This document shows, piece after piece, positions 38,120 through 47,618 of a stretch of 64,000 bases of DNA; position 1 is the first letter of the stretch, and each line of letters begins with the position of its first letter. The notes below the pieces were generated by a model. The model had not been told where the DNA came from, ran no database searches, and saw only the letters and a program-made list of their open reading frames with translations. The stretch is from an uncultured Planctomycetia bacterium (GTDB taxonomy: Bacteria; Omnitrophota; Gorgyraeia; VGKH01; JBHPFN01). The stretch is from assembly GCA_964406665.1 (NCBI GenBank), contig CAYOSQ010000005.1:21929-85928 (forward strand), read 5' to 3'. The position numbers and the translations under genes are program-made.

Positions 38120-39575
38120 AATTGTCATAATATTAATTATTATTTTTTTAACGGGCACAGTTATTGTGGCTGAAGAAGAAATAAAATTGCCTAATGTCAG
38201 CGGGGCATTTTATCCTGCCAATAAGATTATTTTATCTACCCAGATTAATTCTTTTTTAAATAAGGCTCGAATTCCGGAGATTTCCCAAAACCCCGTTGCT
38301 TTAATATCTCCCCATGCAGGATATGTCTATTCTGGTGCAGTAGCTGCATATGGATATAAGGCTATAAAAGGAAGGCATTATAAAACCGTGGTGGTTATTG
38401 CCCCGAGTCATTTTGCTGATTTTCAAGGGTTTTCTGTGTGGAAGGAAGGAAAGTTTAAAACTCCTTTAGGTGACATTGAGGTTGATTCTGAATTTTCTAA
38501 TAGATTGATTAATGCAACAAATAAAATTAAATACTTGCCAAATGTTTTTGAAAAAGAACATTCTTTGGAGGTTCAACTTCCGTTCTTGCAAAAGGTCTTG
38601 AAGAATTTTAAAATAGTTCCCGTTATTGTTTCTCCACGAGCGAGCCTGGAAGATTGTAAAGATTTTGCTTCAATTTTAAATGATACGACAGGGAATCGAT
38701 CGGATGTTTTAGTTATTGCTAGTACAGATTTATCTCACTATCGTAGCGGTAAGGATGCAGATAAAATTGATGCAAAGACAATTTCCTGCATTAAAGATAT
38801 GGATTTAAATTCTCTTTGGGTAAAAAGCTCTTTAAAGGAAGTGGAGCTTTGTGGTCTTCGTCCGGTAGAGATTACAATTTTTTATGCAAAATTGAGAAAT
38901 GCAACAAATATTAAGATTTTAAAACATGCAAATTCTGGGGATGCTAGCGGTGATTATAAAAGGGTTGTAGGGTATTTAAGCGCTGTGTTTCTAAAAGCAG
39001 CTGTTGAAGGAGAGAAAGATATGCTTAACAATATTCAGAAAAAACAATTATTGGGAATTGCCAGAGAATCTTTAGAGTCTTATGTAAGAAGTAAAAAAAG
39101 AACTAATCCGCAAACTCAGGATGATAAACTTAAGCAAAAGACAGGTGCTTTTGTTACTCTTCATAAAAATGGACAGCTGCGTGGTTGCATTGGTAGGATT
39201 GTAGGGGATACGCCTTTGTATCAGGTTGTTGCTGATTATGCTGTTGAAGCTGCTGTAAACGATCCACGCTTTCCAGAAGTTAAAAGCGGCGAATTAAAAG
39301 AAATTGATCTGGAGATTTCAGCAATGACCCCGCTTAAAAAGATTAGCGATGTTAATATTATTGAGGTGGGAAAGCATGGAATATTGATGCGCAAAGGTTT
39401 CTATTCGGGTCTTTTACTCCCTCAGGTCGCAACTGAATACGGCTGGGATAGGGAAACATTCTTAGGGCATACCTGTCAGAAGGCCGGACTTCCAACAGAT
39501 TGCTGGAAAGACAAATCTACGCAAGTATTCATATTTAGTGCAGAAGTATTCTCAGAAGATTCTATTAAAGAATAA
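38091..39575 (+). CDS. Fused Memo-like (AmmeMemoRadiSam protein B) / AMMECR1-domain protein with N-terminal hydrophobic segment
   Basis: Memo motif 'ISPHAGYVYSGAVAAYGY...VVVIAPSH'. C-terminal AMMECR1 'GAFVTLHKNGQLRGCIGRI'. Start is ATG 38091 or GTG 38106; both overlap the radical SAM gene end. N-terminal 'IVIILIIIFLTGTVIVA'. Confidence 0.8.
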   Translation: MRRSLVSGNKIVIILIIIFLTGTVIVAEEEIKLPNVSGAFYPANKIILSTQINSFLNKARIPEISQNPVALISPHAGYVYSGAVAAYGYKAIKGRHYKTVVVIAPSHFADFQGFSVWKEGKFKTPLGDIEVDSEFSNRLINATNKIKYLPNVFEKEHSLEVQLPFLQKVLKNFKIVPVIVSPRASLEDCKDFASILNDTTGNRSDVLVIASTDLSHYRSGKDADKIDAKTISCIKDMDLNSLWVKSSLKEVELCGLRPVEITIFYAKLRNATNIKILKHANSGDASGDYKRVVGYLSAVFLKAAVEGEKDMLNNIQKKQLLGIARESLESYVRSKKRTNPQTQDDKLKQKTGAFVTLHKNGQLRGCIGRIVGDTPLYQVVADYAVEAAVNDPRFPEVKSGELKEIDLEISAMTPLKKISDVNIIEVGKHGILMRKGFYSGLLLPQVATEYGWDRETFLGHTCQKAGLPTDCWKDKSTQVFIFSAEVFSEDSIKE

Positions 39576-39576
39576 C

Positions 39577-40305
39577 ATGAAAAGATTTTTTTGTCCTAAA
39601 AATAACATCGGAGTTAATGAAATCAATATTGTTGATAAAAAAGAAATTCATCATATTGTTTCTGTGCTGCGTTGCAAAAATGGTGATAAAGTTAATATTT
39701 TTGATGGGGATGATAGAGAATATTATGGGAAGATTTCTCTTATTCAAAAAGATAGAGTAGTCATTGCTATTGCTAGTAAGCGTGAGAGTTCTGCTAAAAA
39801 GGTTACTTTAACAATTGCTTGCTCAATACCTAAGAAATCGAAGTTTGATTTTTTGCTTGAAAAGTGTACAGAACTCGGCGTCGATAGGATTATTCCAATG
39901 TTAACAGATAGAACGGTTGTTGTCTTAGACGATAAGCATAAAGCTTCTAAGGTTGAACGTTGGAGAAAGATTGTTTTATCTGCTTGCAAGCAGTGTGGTA
40001 GAAATTCTTTACCTGAGGTTGATAAAGTAAAAAGTTTTAAAGATGTTATAGGGGAAGCCGGAAATTATGATTTAGTTTTATTTTTATGCTTAGAAGACGA
40101 ACGTAGAGAAATAAAAGATGTATTAAGTAAATTTGAGGGGAAAAGTATTATCGTATTTATCGGCCCAGAGGGTGATTTTACAGAAAGAGAAATTTCTTTG
40201 GCTAAGCAGTCAGGTTGTAATCTGGTGAGTTTAGGAGATAAGGTGTTGAGAGTAGAAACTGCCGCAATATTCATTTCTTCTATCCATAAATTTATTTTTG
40301 ATTAG
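39577..40305 (+). CDS. rsmE: 16S rRNA (uracil1498-N3)-methyltransferase RsmE
   Basis: 'MKRFF' start, PUA-like N-domain, SPOUT C-domain ('IFIGPEGDFTEREI'). Confidence 0.8.
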   Translation: MKRFFCPKNNIGVNEINIVDKKEIHHIVSVLRCKNGDKVNIFDGDDREYYGKISLIQKDRVVIAIASKRESSAKKVTLTIACSIPKKSKFDFLLEKCTELGVDRIIPMLTDRTVVVLDDKHKASKVERWRKIVLSACKQCGRNSLPEVDKVKSFKDVIGEAGNYDLVLFLCLEDERREIKDVLSKFEGKSIIVFIGPEGDFTEREISLAKQSGCNLVSLGDKVLRVETAAIFISSIHKFIFD

Positions 40306-40307
40306 TT

Positions 40308-41627
40308 TTGCAAAATTCTTTTAATATGATTTCATCAATTTCCAAAATTAAAAACAAGAAAGTTAGATTTTTTACTATAGGCTGTAAGGTAAATCAATAT
40401 GAGACACAGTCAATGAGAGAGCAATTAATTAAAGCTGGCATTAAAGAATCTTCGAAGGGGCGGGCAGATATTTATGTAATAAATACTTGCACTGTAACTT
40501 CTCGTGCAGATAGAAAATCTATAAATTATATCAAAAAGGCAATTAAAGAAAATCCTAAAGGTCTGATTGTTGCTCTGGGATGTCTGGCTGAAAAGGATAG
40601 AGAAGAGATTGAATCAGTGGGCAAAGTAGATATTATAGCTACTAATAAGTCTAAGAATAATATCCTTAAGTTGATTTTAGATAAATTCAATTTTTCTTCG
40701 GGAATTGATAATTTATCCTGCGATAATTTAATAAGTTCTTTTTCTGGACATAGCAGGGCGTTTATCAAGGTTCAGGATGGTTGCAATAATAGCTGCGCTT
40801 ATTGTAAAATTCCTTCTGTAAGGGGAAGGTCGCGAAGCAGAAGTTTAGCTGAAATAACGAGAGAGGCAAAAGCATTGATCCAAAACGGCTATAAAGAGAT
40901 AGTCCTTTGCGGTATTTGTCTTGGCTGTTATGGAAAAGACCTGAAGCCGAAGAAAGCATTGGTTGACGTGATTTCAGCCATAATAAAATTAAAAGGTAAT
41001 TTTAGAGTACGCTTAAGCTCCATAGAAGCAAGAGATATTACTGATAGGCTTATAAAATTATTAGCAAGCTCTGATAAAATTTGTAGGCATATGCATATTC
41101 CTTTTCAAAGTGGAGATGATGAAATATTAAGACTTATGCAAAGAAAATATACAGCTTCGTTCTATAAAAAGATAGTTGATAAACTTAAAGAGCAAATTCC
41201 AGATATTGCAATTACCACTGATATTTTAGTGGGTTTTCCCGGTGAAGAAGATAAGCATTTTTTAACTACGGTTGAGCTTATTGAATATGTTGGGCCTTCT
41301 AGAATTCATATCTTTCCGTTTAGTTTGCGAAAGGATACATTGGCTTATGATTTGCCTTCGCGTGTTTCGATGAATATAATTAAAGAGAGAATTGAGAAAT
41401 TAGGTATTATTGCAAGAAGAAGTTCATATTTATATAGAAAACGTTTTTTAAATGAGAAACTTTATGTGCTTTTTGAAGATAAAAAAGACAGAAAGACCGG
41501 ATTCGCAAAAGGGTATACAGATAATTACATAGAAGTTCTTTGTGATAATTTAAACGTAACTAGTAGTACTTTAAGACCAGCTGAAGTCTTTAAAGTTAAT
41601 CCTGAATGTACATTTGTCCGGGTATAG
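40308..41627 (+). CDS. MiaB-family tRNA methylthiotransferase (MtaB/RimO-like radical SAM)
   Basis: MTTase N-domain 'FTIGCKVNQYETQ', radical SAM 'GCNNSCAYCKIP', C-terminal TRAM-like domain. Start may be the internal Met at 40326. Confidence 0.8.
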   Translation: MQNSFNMISSISKIKNKKVRFFTIGCKVNQYETQSMREQLIKAGIKESSKGRADIYVINTCTVTSRADRKSINYIKKAIKENPKGLIVALGCLAEKDREEIESVGKVDIIATNKSKNNILKLILDKFNFSSGIDNLSCDNLISSFSGHSRAFIKVQDGCNNSCAYCKIPSVRGRSRSRSLAEITREAKALIQNGYKEIVLCGICLGCYGKDLKPKKALVDVISAIIKLKGNFRVRLSSIEARDITDRLIKLLASSDKICRHMHIPFQSGDDEILRLMQRKYTASFYKKIVDKLKEQIPDIAITTDILVGFPGEEDKHFLTTVELIEYVGPSRIHIFPFSLRKDTLAYDLPSRVSMNIIKERIEKLGIIARRSSYLYRKRFLNEKLYVLFEDKKDRKTGFAKGYTDNYIEVLCDNLNVTSSTLRPAEVFKVNPECTFVRV

Positions 41628-41882
41628 ATGTTTTATCTTAGAGCCATAATTGATTATTTTGCATAATGTTATAGTTTTTTAGAGTTTTTAAGAAGTAATT
41701 GATATATCCAGCGACCCTGGAAAATGCAGGGTCACTATCCCTTCGCTTCTCTCAGGCCTCCTCGAAGAGTGCCGAGCAAAGGCGAGGTGCAGTATTAACA
41801 CTGAGTATGCCTCGTCGTGTGAGAATATGAAGAAATGGAAGATTATGATGTATCTTTGGGGCTATTGAGGTATACGAATGTG

Positions 41883-41912
41883 TTGACAAGGCTTACATTG
41901 ATATTGTATAAT
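41883..41912 (+). promoter_or_regulatory. Sigma70-type promoter for recA
   Basis: TTGACA - 18 nt - TATAAT about 30 nt upstream of the recA RBS 'aaggaggt'. Confidence 0.5.
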
Positions 41913-41941
41913 GCACTCTATCTGTTATCAAGGAGGTTTAC

Positions 41942-42949
41942 ATGCCACAAGAAAAGAAAAGTGACGGTTCTCATCGTCAAAAAGCATTAGAATTAGCCAT
42001 TGCTCAAATAGAGAAACAGTTTGGAAAAGGTTCTATCATGAAGCTCGGTTCTGATACCAAGCTTGATGTTGAGTCTATACCGACGGGTGCGATATCTTTG
42101 GATATTGCTTTAGGTGTAGGAGGTTTGCCTAGAGGTAGGGTTGCAGAAATTTTTGGCCCGGAAGCTTCGGGTAAAACTACTCTCACTTTAAGCGTTATTT
42201 CAGAAGTCCAGCGAAACGGAGGAGTTGCAGCATTTGTTGATGCAGAGCATGCTTTTGATCCCACATATGCAAAAAAAGTCGGAGTAGACTTAGATAATCT
42301 TTTAATGTCTCAACCTGATACCGGTGAGCAAGCATTAGAGATTACTGAAACATTAGTGCGCTCCAACGCCGTTGATTTAGTTGTTATAGATTCTGTTGCT
42401 GCACTTACTCCTCGTTCAGAGATTGAAGGAGAAATGGGTCAGATGCAAATTGGTTTACAGGCACGTCTTATGTCTCAGGCATTAAGAAAGCTTACAGGTG
42501 CTATTAGTAAATCTAAGACCTGTGTTGTATTTATTAATCAGATTAGAATGAAAATAGGTGTTATGTTTGGTTCTCCTGAAACTACTCCTGGAGGTAGGGC
42601 TTTGAAGTTTTATGCTTCAGTAAGGTTGGATTTGCGACGTATCGGTTCTGTTAAAGAGGGCGATCAGGTTGTCGGTAGTAGAGTAAGAGCAAAGGTTGTT
42701 AAAAATAAGGTTGCTCCACCTTTTAAAAATACTGAGTTTGAAATTATGCATGATGAAGGAATATCTAGAGTGGGAAATATTCTGGATATGGCAATTGAGT
42801 CAGGCATCATTGATAAATCTGGAGCATGGTTTGCTCTTGACGGGGAAAAAATAGGTCAAGGTAGAGAAAATGCCCGCCGTTTTTTAAAAGACCATTCTAA
42901 GATTTTAGATAAGGTAGAAAAGCAAGTTAGGCAGAAGGCAATTGCGTAA
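41942..42949 (+). CDS. recA: Recombinase RecA
   Basis: Walker A 'GPEASGKTT' and the rest of the canonical RecA sequence. Confidence 0.95.
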   Translation: MPQEKKSDGSHRQKALELAIAQIEKQFGKGSIMKLGSDTKLDVESIPTGAISLDIALGVGGLPRGRVAEIFGPEASGKTTLTLSVISEVQRNGGVAAFVDAEHAFDPTYAKKVGVDLDNLLMSQPDTGEQALEITETLVRSNAVDLVVIDSVAALTPRSEIEGEMGQMQIGLQARLMSQALRKLTGAISKSKTCVVFINQIRMKIGVMFGSPETTPGGRALKFYASVRLDLRRIGSVKEGDQVVGSRVRAKVVKNKVAPPFKNTEFEIMHDEGISRVGNILDMAIESGIIDKSGAWFALDGEKIGQGRENARRFLKDHSKILDKVEKQVRQKAIA

Positions 42950-42972
42950 ATATTGAAGGAGGGTGTGTTTGT

Positions 42973-44487
42973 ATGTTTAGAAAAAAGCACATTGCTAGTT
43001 TTTGTGTTATTGTTCTTTCCGCAGGTATAGTTATCGGATTGCTTGTTGCGGCAAAATTAGATATGTCACCTAAGATTGATGCTGCGACAACCAATGCTTA
43101 TGATTCAACCCCAGGGATCCTCTTAGATTTGGAAAGCGCTTTTATTAAAGTTGCTGAAGAATTTGGGCCCGCGGTTGTGTCTATTAGTACTGTTCAAATA
43201 AACAAGACCGGAGGAAGAAGTTATTATTTTGGTTCTCCTTTTGATGGTGGGCCTAGAAATAGTCCTTTCGGAGATGATTTATTCGATAGGTTTTTCGAAG
43301 ATTTCTTTGGGGAGCTTCCCGAAAGAGAGCGTAGGCAGATGGGTTTAGGCTCTGGTTTTATAATTGATGAAAGAGGATATATTTTAACTAATCAGCATGT
43401 TGTTGAAGATGCTGATAAAATAACTGTTACCTTGCCTGACGGTAGAGAATTTGATGCAGAATTAAAAGGAACAGATCCGCGCTCTGACTTAGCCGTGATT
43501 AAAATTAAAGCAAAGAATTTGCCTGTTATTAAATTGGGAGATTCTGATAAAGTTAAGATTGGTCAATTAGTTGTAGCTATAGGAAATCCTTTTGGCTACG
43601 TAATGCATAGTCCTGAGCCAACTATAACAACCGGAGTAATAAGTGCGTTGCATAGATCATTACCTAGAACTACCAGAAGAGATAGGGATTACTCTGATTT
43701 AATTCAAACAGATGCTGCGATTAATCCGGGAAATTCTGGTGGTCCCTTGGTTAATTTAAACGGTGAAGTAGTGGGAATAAATGTAGCAATATTTTCAACA
43801 TCTGGTGGATATCAAGGTATAGGTTTTGCCATTCCTGTAAATACAGCCAGAAGAGTCATCGATAAACTTATTGAAGGTAAGAAGGTTCTTTACGGATGGT
43901 TGGGTGTGGCTGTGCAGGAACTTAATGAGGATTTATCTGAATATTTCGGGTTAAGTGACAAAAAAGGTGTTTTAATCAGTAATGTTTTTGATGACAGCCC
44001 GGCTAAAAAAGCTGGTATGGAATCTGGTGATGTCATTGTTGAATTTGACGGAAAGAAAATTGAAGATTTGAAAGCTTTGTTAAAACATGTTGGTCAAGCA
44101 GAGGTAGGTTCTAAGGCTAAGATTGTTGTCTTAAGAAATGAGAAAAAAGTTACTCTTACTGTTGAGATTGGTGAACGCCCAAGTGATATTGCAGAGTTAA
44201 GTCAAGAACCAGAGGTTTCCGAAGGCTGGAGAGGTATAAAGGTTGAAGATATCACTCCTGAATTACAAGCTCGTTTTAGAATAGACTCTAATGAAGGGGT
44301 TGTGATAGTTGATATTGACCCTGATTCATCTGCTGCTGAGTCTAGTTTAAGAATTGGCGATGTGATTAAAGAAATTGGAAAGAAATCAATTAAAAACGTT
44401 GCTGATTTTAACGAGGTTATTAAAAAACTAAAAGGCAATGCGTTAATACGTACCAATAACGGCTTTGCTATTATTAAAAAGAAATAG
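42973..44487 (+). CDS. HtrA/DegP-family periplasmic serine protease with two PDZ domains
   Basis: Catalytic triad contexts 'LTNQHVV', 'DLAVIKI', 'GNSGGPLVN'. N-terminal signal anchor. Two PDZ-like C-terminal domains. Confidence 0.9.
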   Translation: MFRKKHIASFCVIVLSAGIVIGLLVAAKLDMSPKIDAATTNAYDSTPGILLDLESAFIKVAEEFGPAVVSISTVQINKTGGRSYYFGSPFDGGPRNSPFGDDLFDRFFEDFFGELPERERRQMGLGSGFIIDERGYILTNQHVVEDADKITVTLPDGREFDAELKGTDPRSDLAVIKIKAKNLPVIKLGDSDKVKIGQLVVAIGNPFGYVMHSPEPTITTGVISALHRSLPRTTRRDRDYSDLIQTDAAINPGNSGGPLVNLNGEVVGINVAIFSTSGGYQGIGFAIPVNTARRVIDKLIEGKKVLYGWLGVAVQELNEDLSEYFGLSDKKGVLISNVFDDSPAKKAGMESGDVIVEFDGKKIEDLKALLKHVGQAEVGSKAKIVVLRNEKKVTLTVEIGERPSDIAELSQEPEVSEGWRGIKVEDITPELQARFRIDSNEGVVIVDIDPDSSAAESSLRIGDVIKEIGKKSIKNVADFNEVIKKLKGNALIRTNNGFAIIKKK

Positions 44488-44493
44488 TGTCTA

Positions 44494-44949
44494 ATGCAGC
44501 AAGAACTGATAAAGGCAAGAAATTCAGTTTTTCGACTTTTAAAATTTAGAGCAAGAAGTAAACAAGAAATAATCGATCGCTTAAAGAAAAAAAAGTTCAG
44601 TGGTAGTGTTATTAAAAACACAGTTGAATATTTCCAAGAGTTGAATTATATAAACGATAACGATTTTGCAGCTTCATGGGTAAGTACTAAAATTGCAAAG
44701 CCGCTTGGTCCTCGCAGAATCTTCTTTGAGTTAAAGCAAAAAGGCGTTGGGGAAGAAATTATTGAAGAGGCGTGGGATAAAGCCAGCAAAGATTATAGTG
44801 AGCTTTCAGTGGCTTTATCGCTTGCAGAAAAAAGGATGCGTTTAAATAGGGGTATAGATAAAAATAAAGCCAAACAGCGCATATACGGTTATTTAAACCG
44901 CAGAGGTTTTTCACCTGATGTAATTATTGAGGTTTTACAGAAATTATGA
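44494..44949 (+). CDS. recX: Recombination regulator RecX
   Basis: 151-aa helical-repeat protein with RecX pattern ('FRLLKFRARSKQEIIDRLKKK'). Confidence 0.75.
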   Translation: MQQELIKARNSVFRLLKFRARSKQEIIDRLKKKKFSGSVIKNTVEYFQELNYINDNDFAASWVSTKIAKPLGPRRIFFELKQKGVGEEIIEEAWDKASKDYSELSVALSLAEKRMRLNRGIDKNKAKQRIYGYLNRRGFSPDVIIEVLQKL

Positions 44950-47618
44950 AAACAGATTTAATCAGAAAGAAATTCTTAGATTTTTTTAAGGACAAAGGTC
45001 ATAAAATAGTCGCTAGTGATTATTTGGTGCCCAGTGGAGATCCTACTGTACTTTTTACATCGGCGGGAATGAATCAGTTTAAAAAGCAATTCTTAGGACA
45101 AATTACTGATTTCAAAAGAGCTGCAACATCACAAAAATGTCTTAGGACAGATGATCTTGAGCACGTAGGAAGAACTGCTGTACATCATACATTTTTTGAA
45201 ATGCTGGGTAACTTTTCTTTTGGTGACTATTTTAAAAAAGATGCAATTAACTGGGCATGGGAATTTCTTACAGTTGAACTTAGTTTGCCTGAAAATAAGC
45301 TTTGGGCATCTGTTTATAAGGATGATGATGAAGCTTATGATATTTGGATTAAAGATATAAAATTACCAAAGAGTAGAATTGTTAAATTAGGGGATAAAGA
45401 GAATTTCTGGCCGGCTGAAGCTAAGACTAAAGGACCCAATGGTCCTTGCGGCCCGTGTTCTGAAATTTTCTACGATTTTGGAAAAGATGTGGGATGTGGG
45501 AAAAATAACTGTACTTCAGCATGTGGCTGTGGTAGGTTTGCTGAAGTGTGGAATTTAGTTTTTACACAGTTCAACAGAAAAGAAGATACAACGCTTGAGC
45601 CACTACCAAATAAAAATATTGATACTGGTATGGGTTTAGAGAGATTAGCCAGTGTTATGCAGGGTGTAACAAACAATTTTGATACAGATTTATTTATTCC
45701 AATAGTTAATGCAATAAAAAAGGAAGTTGATGTTGCTAAAGTTAACAATGAACAACTAACAAAAATAAGAATAATCGCTGACCATATTAGGGCGGTTACC
45801 TTTGCCATATGTGATGGTGTAAATCCTTCTAATGAGGATCGTGGATATATTATCAGAAAATTGATTAGAATATGTGTTAACATTTATAGATCTTTGGGTA
45901 AAAATGATCCTATGTTGTATAAGATTATTCCTGTGGTTTCAGATGTTATGAAAAGCCCATATCCTGAAATGGTAAAGAGAAGAGAAAATATTTCTGATAT
46001 GGTTAAAAGGGAAGAAGAATCTTTCTTGAAAACTCTTAAAGATAAAGAACCAGAGTTAAAAAAAGATCTGGCGAAGCTTAAAGTTAAAGCTAAAAATCTT
46101 TCCGAAGAAAGTTTAGTTGTTGAGTTGGGCAATCTATTTTTTACATATTATGATACGAGTGGTGTCCCAGTTAGCTTAAGCGAGTCAACAGCATCAAACT
46201 ATTTTAGTAGTGCAACAATATTGCAAAGTAGCTCTAATTGTCGTCTTGTCCGTATGCCGGAACAGAAAGACCGTTCGCGTGCCGCAAGCACTATGGGAAA
46301 AGACGTTTTCTCAGGTTCTGATTTAAACTTAAAAGTAAAGGCCACTAAATTTATGGGTTATAATGCGAGTGATTCAGATTCGAAGATCATCAAAATCTTA
46401 AGTAGCAATAACGAAGAGGTTGATTCTGCAGGAAAACAAGATGAAGTTAAAATAGTTTTAGACAAAACTCCGTTTTACGGAGAATCAGGTGGTCAAATCG
46501 GAGATGCAGGCAGTATTTCTAAAAAGAGCGCTAAGTTAGAGGTATTTGATACTAAGGTTTTTGACGGTGTGATAGTGCATTTGTCTAAAATTGTTGAAGG
46601 GAAATTTAAGATTAACGATAAGGTCAAGGCCTCGGTTAATTATGAGCGTAGGATGTCTATTGCTAGGAATCATACAGCAACACATTTGTTGCAATCTGCC
46701 TTAAAGAAAGTTCTTGGTGATCATGTTCAACAACAAGGTTCTTTAGTTGCTGAGGATAGGTTGCGTTTTGACTTCTCACATTTTAAAGCTATATCAAAAG
46801 AAGAGTTTAGCCGAATAGAAGAAGTTGTTAATGGTTATATTCTCGATAATGATAAATTGGATTGCAAGGTTAAAGATTTAGAGGCTGCAAAAAAAGATGG
46901 TGCTCTGGCATTTTTCGGTGAGAAATATTCTGACAAAGTGCGCGTAGTCAGCACTGGAGATTATTCTAAAGAGCTTTGTGGGGGCACGCATCTTAATTCT
47001 ACTGGTGAGGTAGGATTGTTTAGCATCATTTCTGAAAGCTCTGTTGCTCAGGGTATCAGAAGGATTGAGGCAACTACAGGAAAATTTGCATATAAGCGCT
47101 TAAAACATAAAGAGGGGCTTATTGCTGATATTGAAAAGGTGCTAAAAGTTGAAGAAGATAAACTAATTAGTCAAACTTCTAAAATTAGCGAGGCATTAAA
47201 AAAAGCTGAGAAAAGTATCAGCAATTTGAGATTGGAGATATTCAAAAACAATTTAGATGATGTCGTAAGAAGAGGCAATGTTGTTAATGCCGTAAACGTC
47301 ATTGTTCAGAAGTGTGAAGATGCAGATTTTGGATTTTTAAGGTCTGCAGTTGATATGATAAAGAAAAGAGTTAGGTCATCAGCAATCGCCTTAGGTTCTG
47401 TAAAGGATGAAAAGGCATTGTTAGTTCTAGGTTTAACGGATGATTTAACCAAAAAAGGCTTGGACGCGTCTGAGCTAATTAAAGAAGTTGCAGTGATCGT
47501 TGATGGCAGTGGTGGAGGTAGAAAAGATTTTGCTCAAGCGGGCGGAAACAAGAAAGAAAAACTATCAGATGCACTTGATAAGGCAGCTGTAATTATTAAA
47601 GAAAGAGTAAGAAAATGA
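44946..47618 (+). CDS. alaS: Alanine--tRNA ligase
   Basis: 890 aa. Class II motifs, 'HHTFFEMLGNFSFGDYFK', editing domain 'HTATHLL', C-terminal DHHA1-like region. Confidence 0.95.
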   Translation: MKTDLIRKKFLDFFKDKGHKIVASDYLVPSGDPTVLFTSAGMNQFKKQFLGQITDFKRAATSQKCLRTDDLEHVGRTAVHHTFFEMLGNFSFGDYFKKDAINWAWEFLTVELSLPENKLWASVYKDDDEAYDIWIKDIKLPKSRIVKLGDKENFWPAEAKTKGPNGPCGPCSEIFYDFGKDVGCGKNNCTSACGCGRFAEVWNLVFTQFNRKEDTTLEPLPNKNIDTGMGLERLASVMQGVTNNFDTDLFIPIVNAIKKEVDVAKVNNEQLTKIRIIADHIRAVTFAICDGVNPSNEDRGYIIRKLIRICVNIYRSLGKNDPMLYKIIPVVSDVMKSPYPEMVKRRENISDMVKREEESFLKTLKDKEPELKKDLAKLKVKAKNLSEESLVVELGNLFFTYYDTSGVPVSLSESTASNYFSSATILQSSSNCRLVRMPEQKDRSRAASTMGKDVFSGSDLNLKVKATKFMGYNASDSDSKIIKILSSNNEEVDSAGKQDEVKIVLDKTPFYGESGGQIGDAGSISKKSAKLEVFDTKVFDGVIVHLSKIVEGKFKINDKVKASVNYERRMSIARNHTATHLLQSALKKVLGDHVQQQGSLVAEDRLRFDFSHFKAISKEEFSRIEEVVNGYILDNDKLDCKVKDLEAAKKDGALAFFGEKYSDKVRVVSTGDYSKELCGGTHLNSTGEVGLFSIISESSVAQGIRRIEATTGKFAYKRLKHKEGLIADIEKVLKVEEDKLISQTSKISEALKKAEKSISNLRLEIFKNNLDDVVRRGNVVNAVNVIVQKCEDADFGFLRSAVDMIKKRVRSSAIALGSVKDEKALLVLGLTDDLTKKGLDASELIKEVAVIVDGSGGGRKDFAQAGGNKKEKLSDALDKAAVIIKERVRK

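Noticed and set aside
46150-46330. Possible frameshift in alaS
   Set aside because: Conserved AlaS blocks flank the odd segment in the same frame. Treated as sequence divergence rather than a pseudogene.
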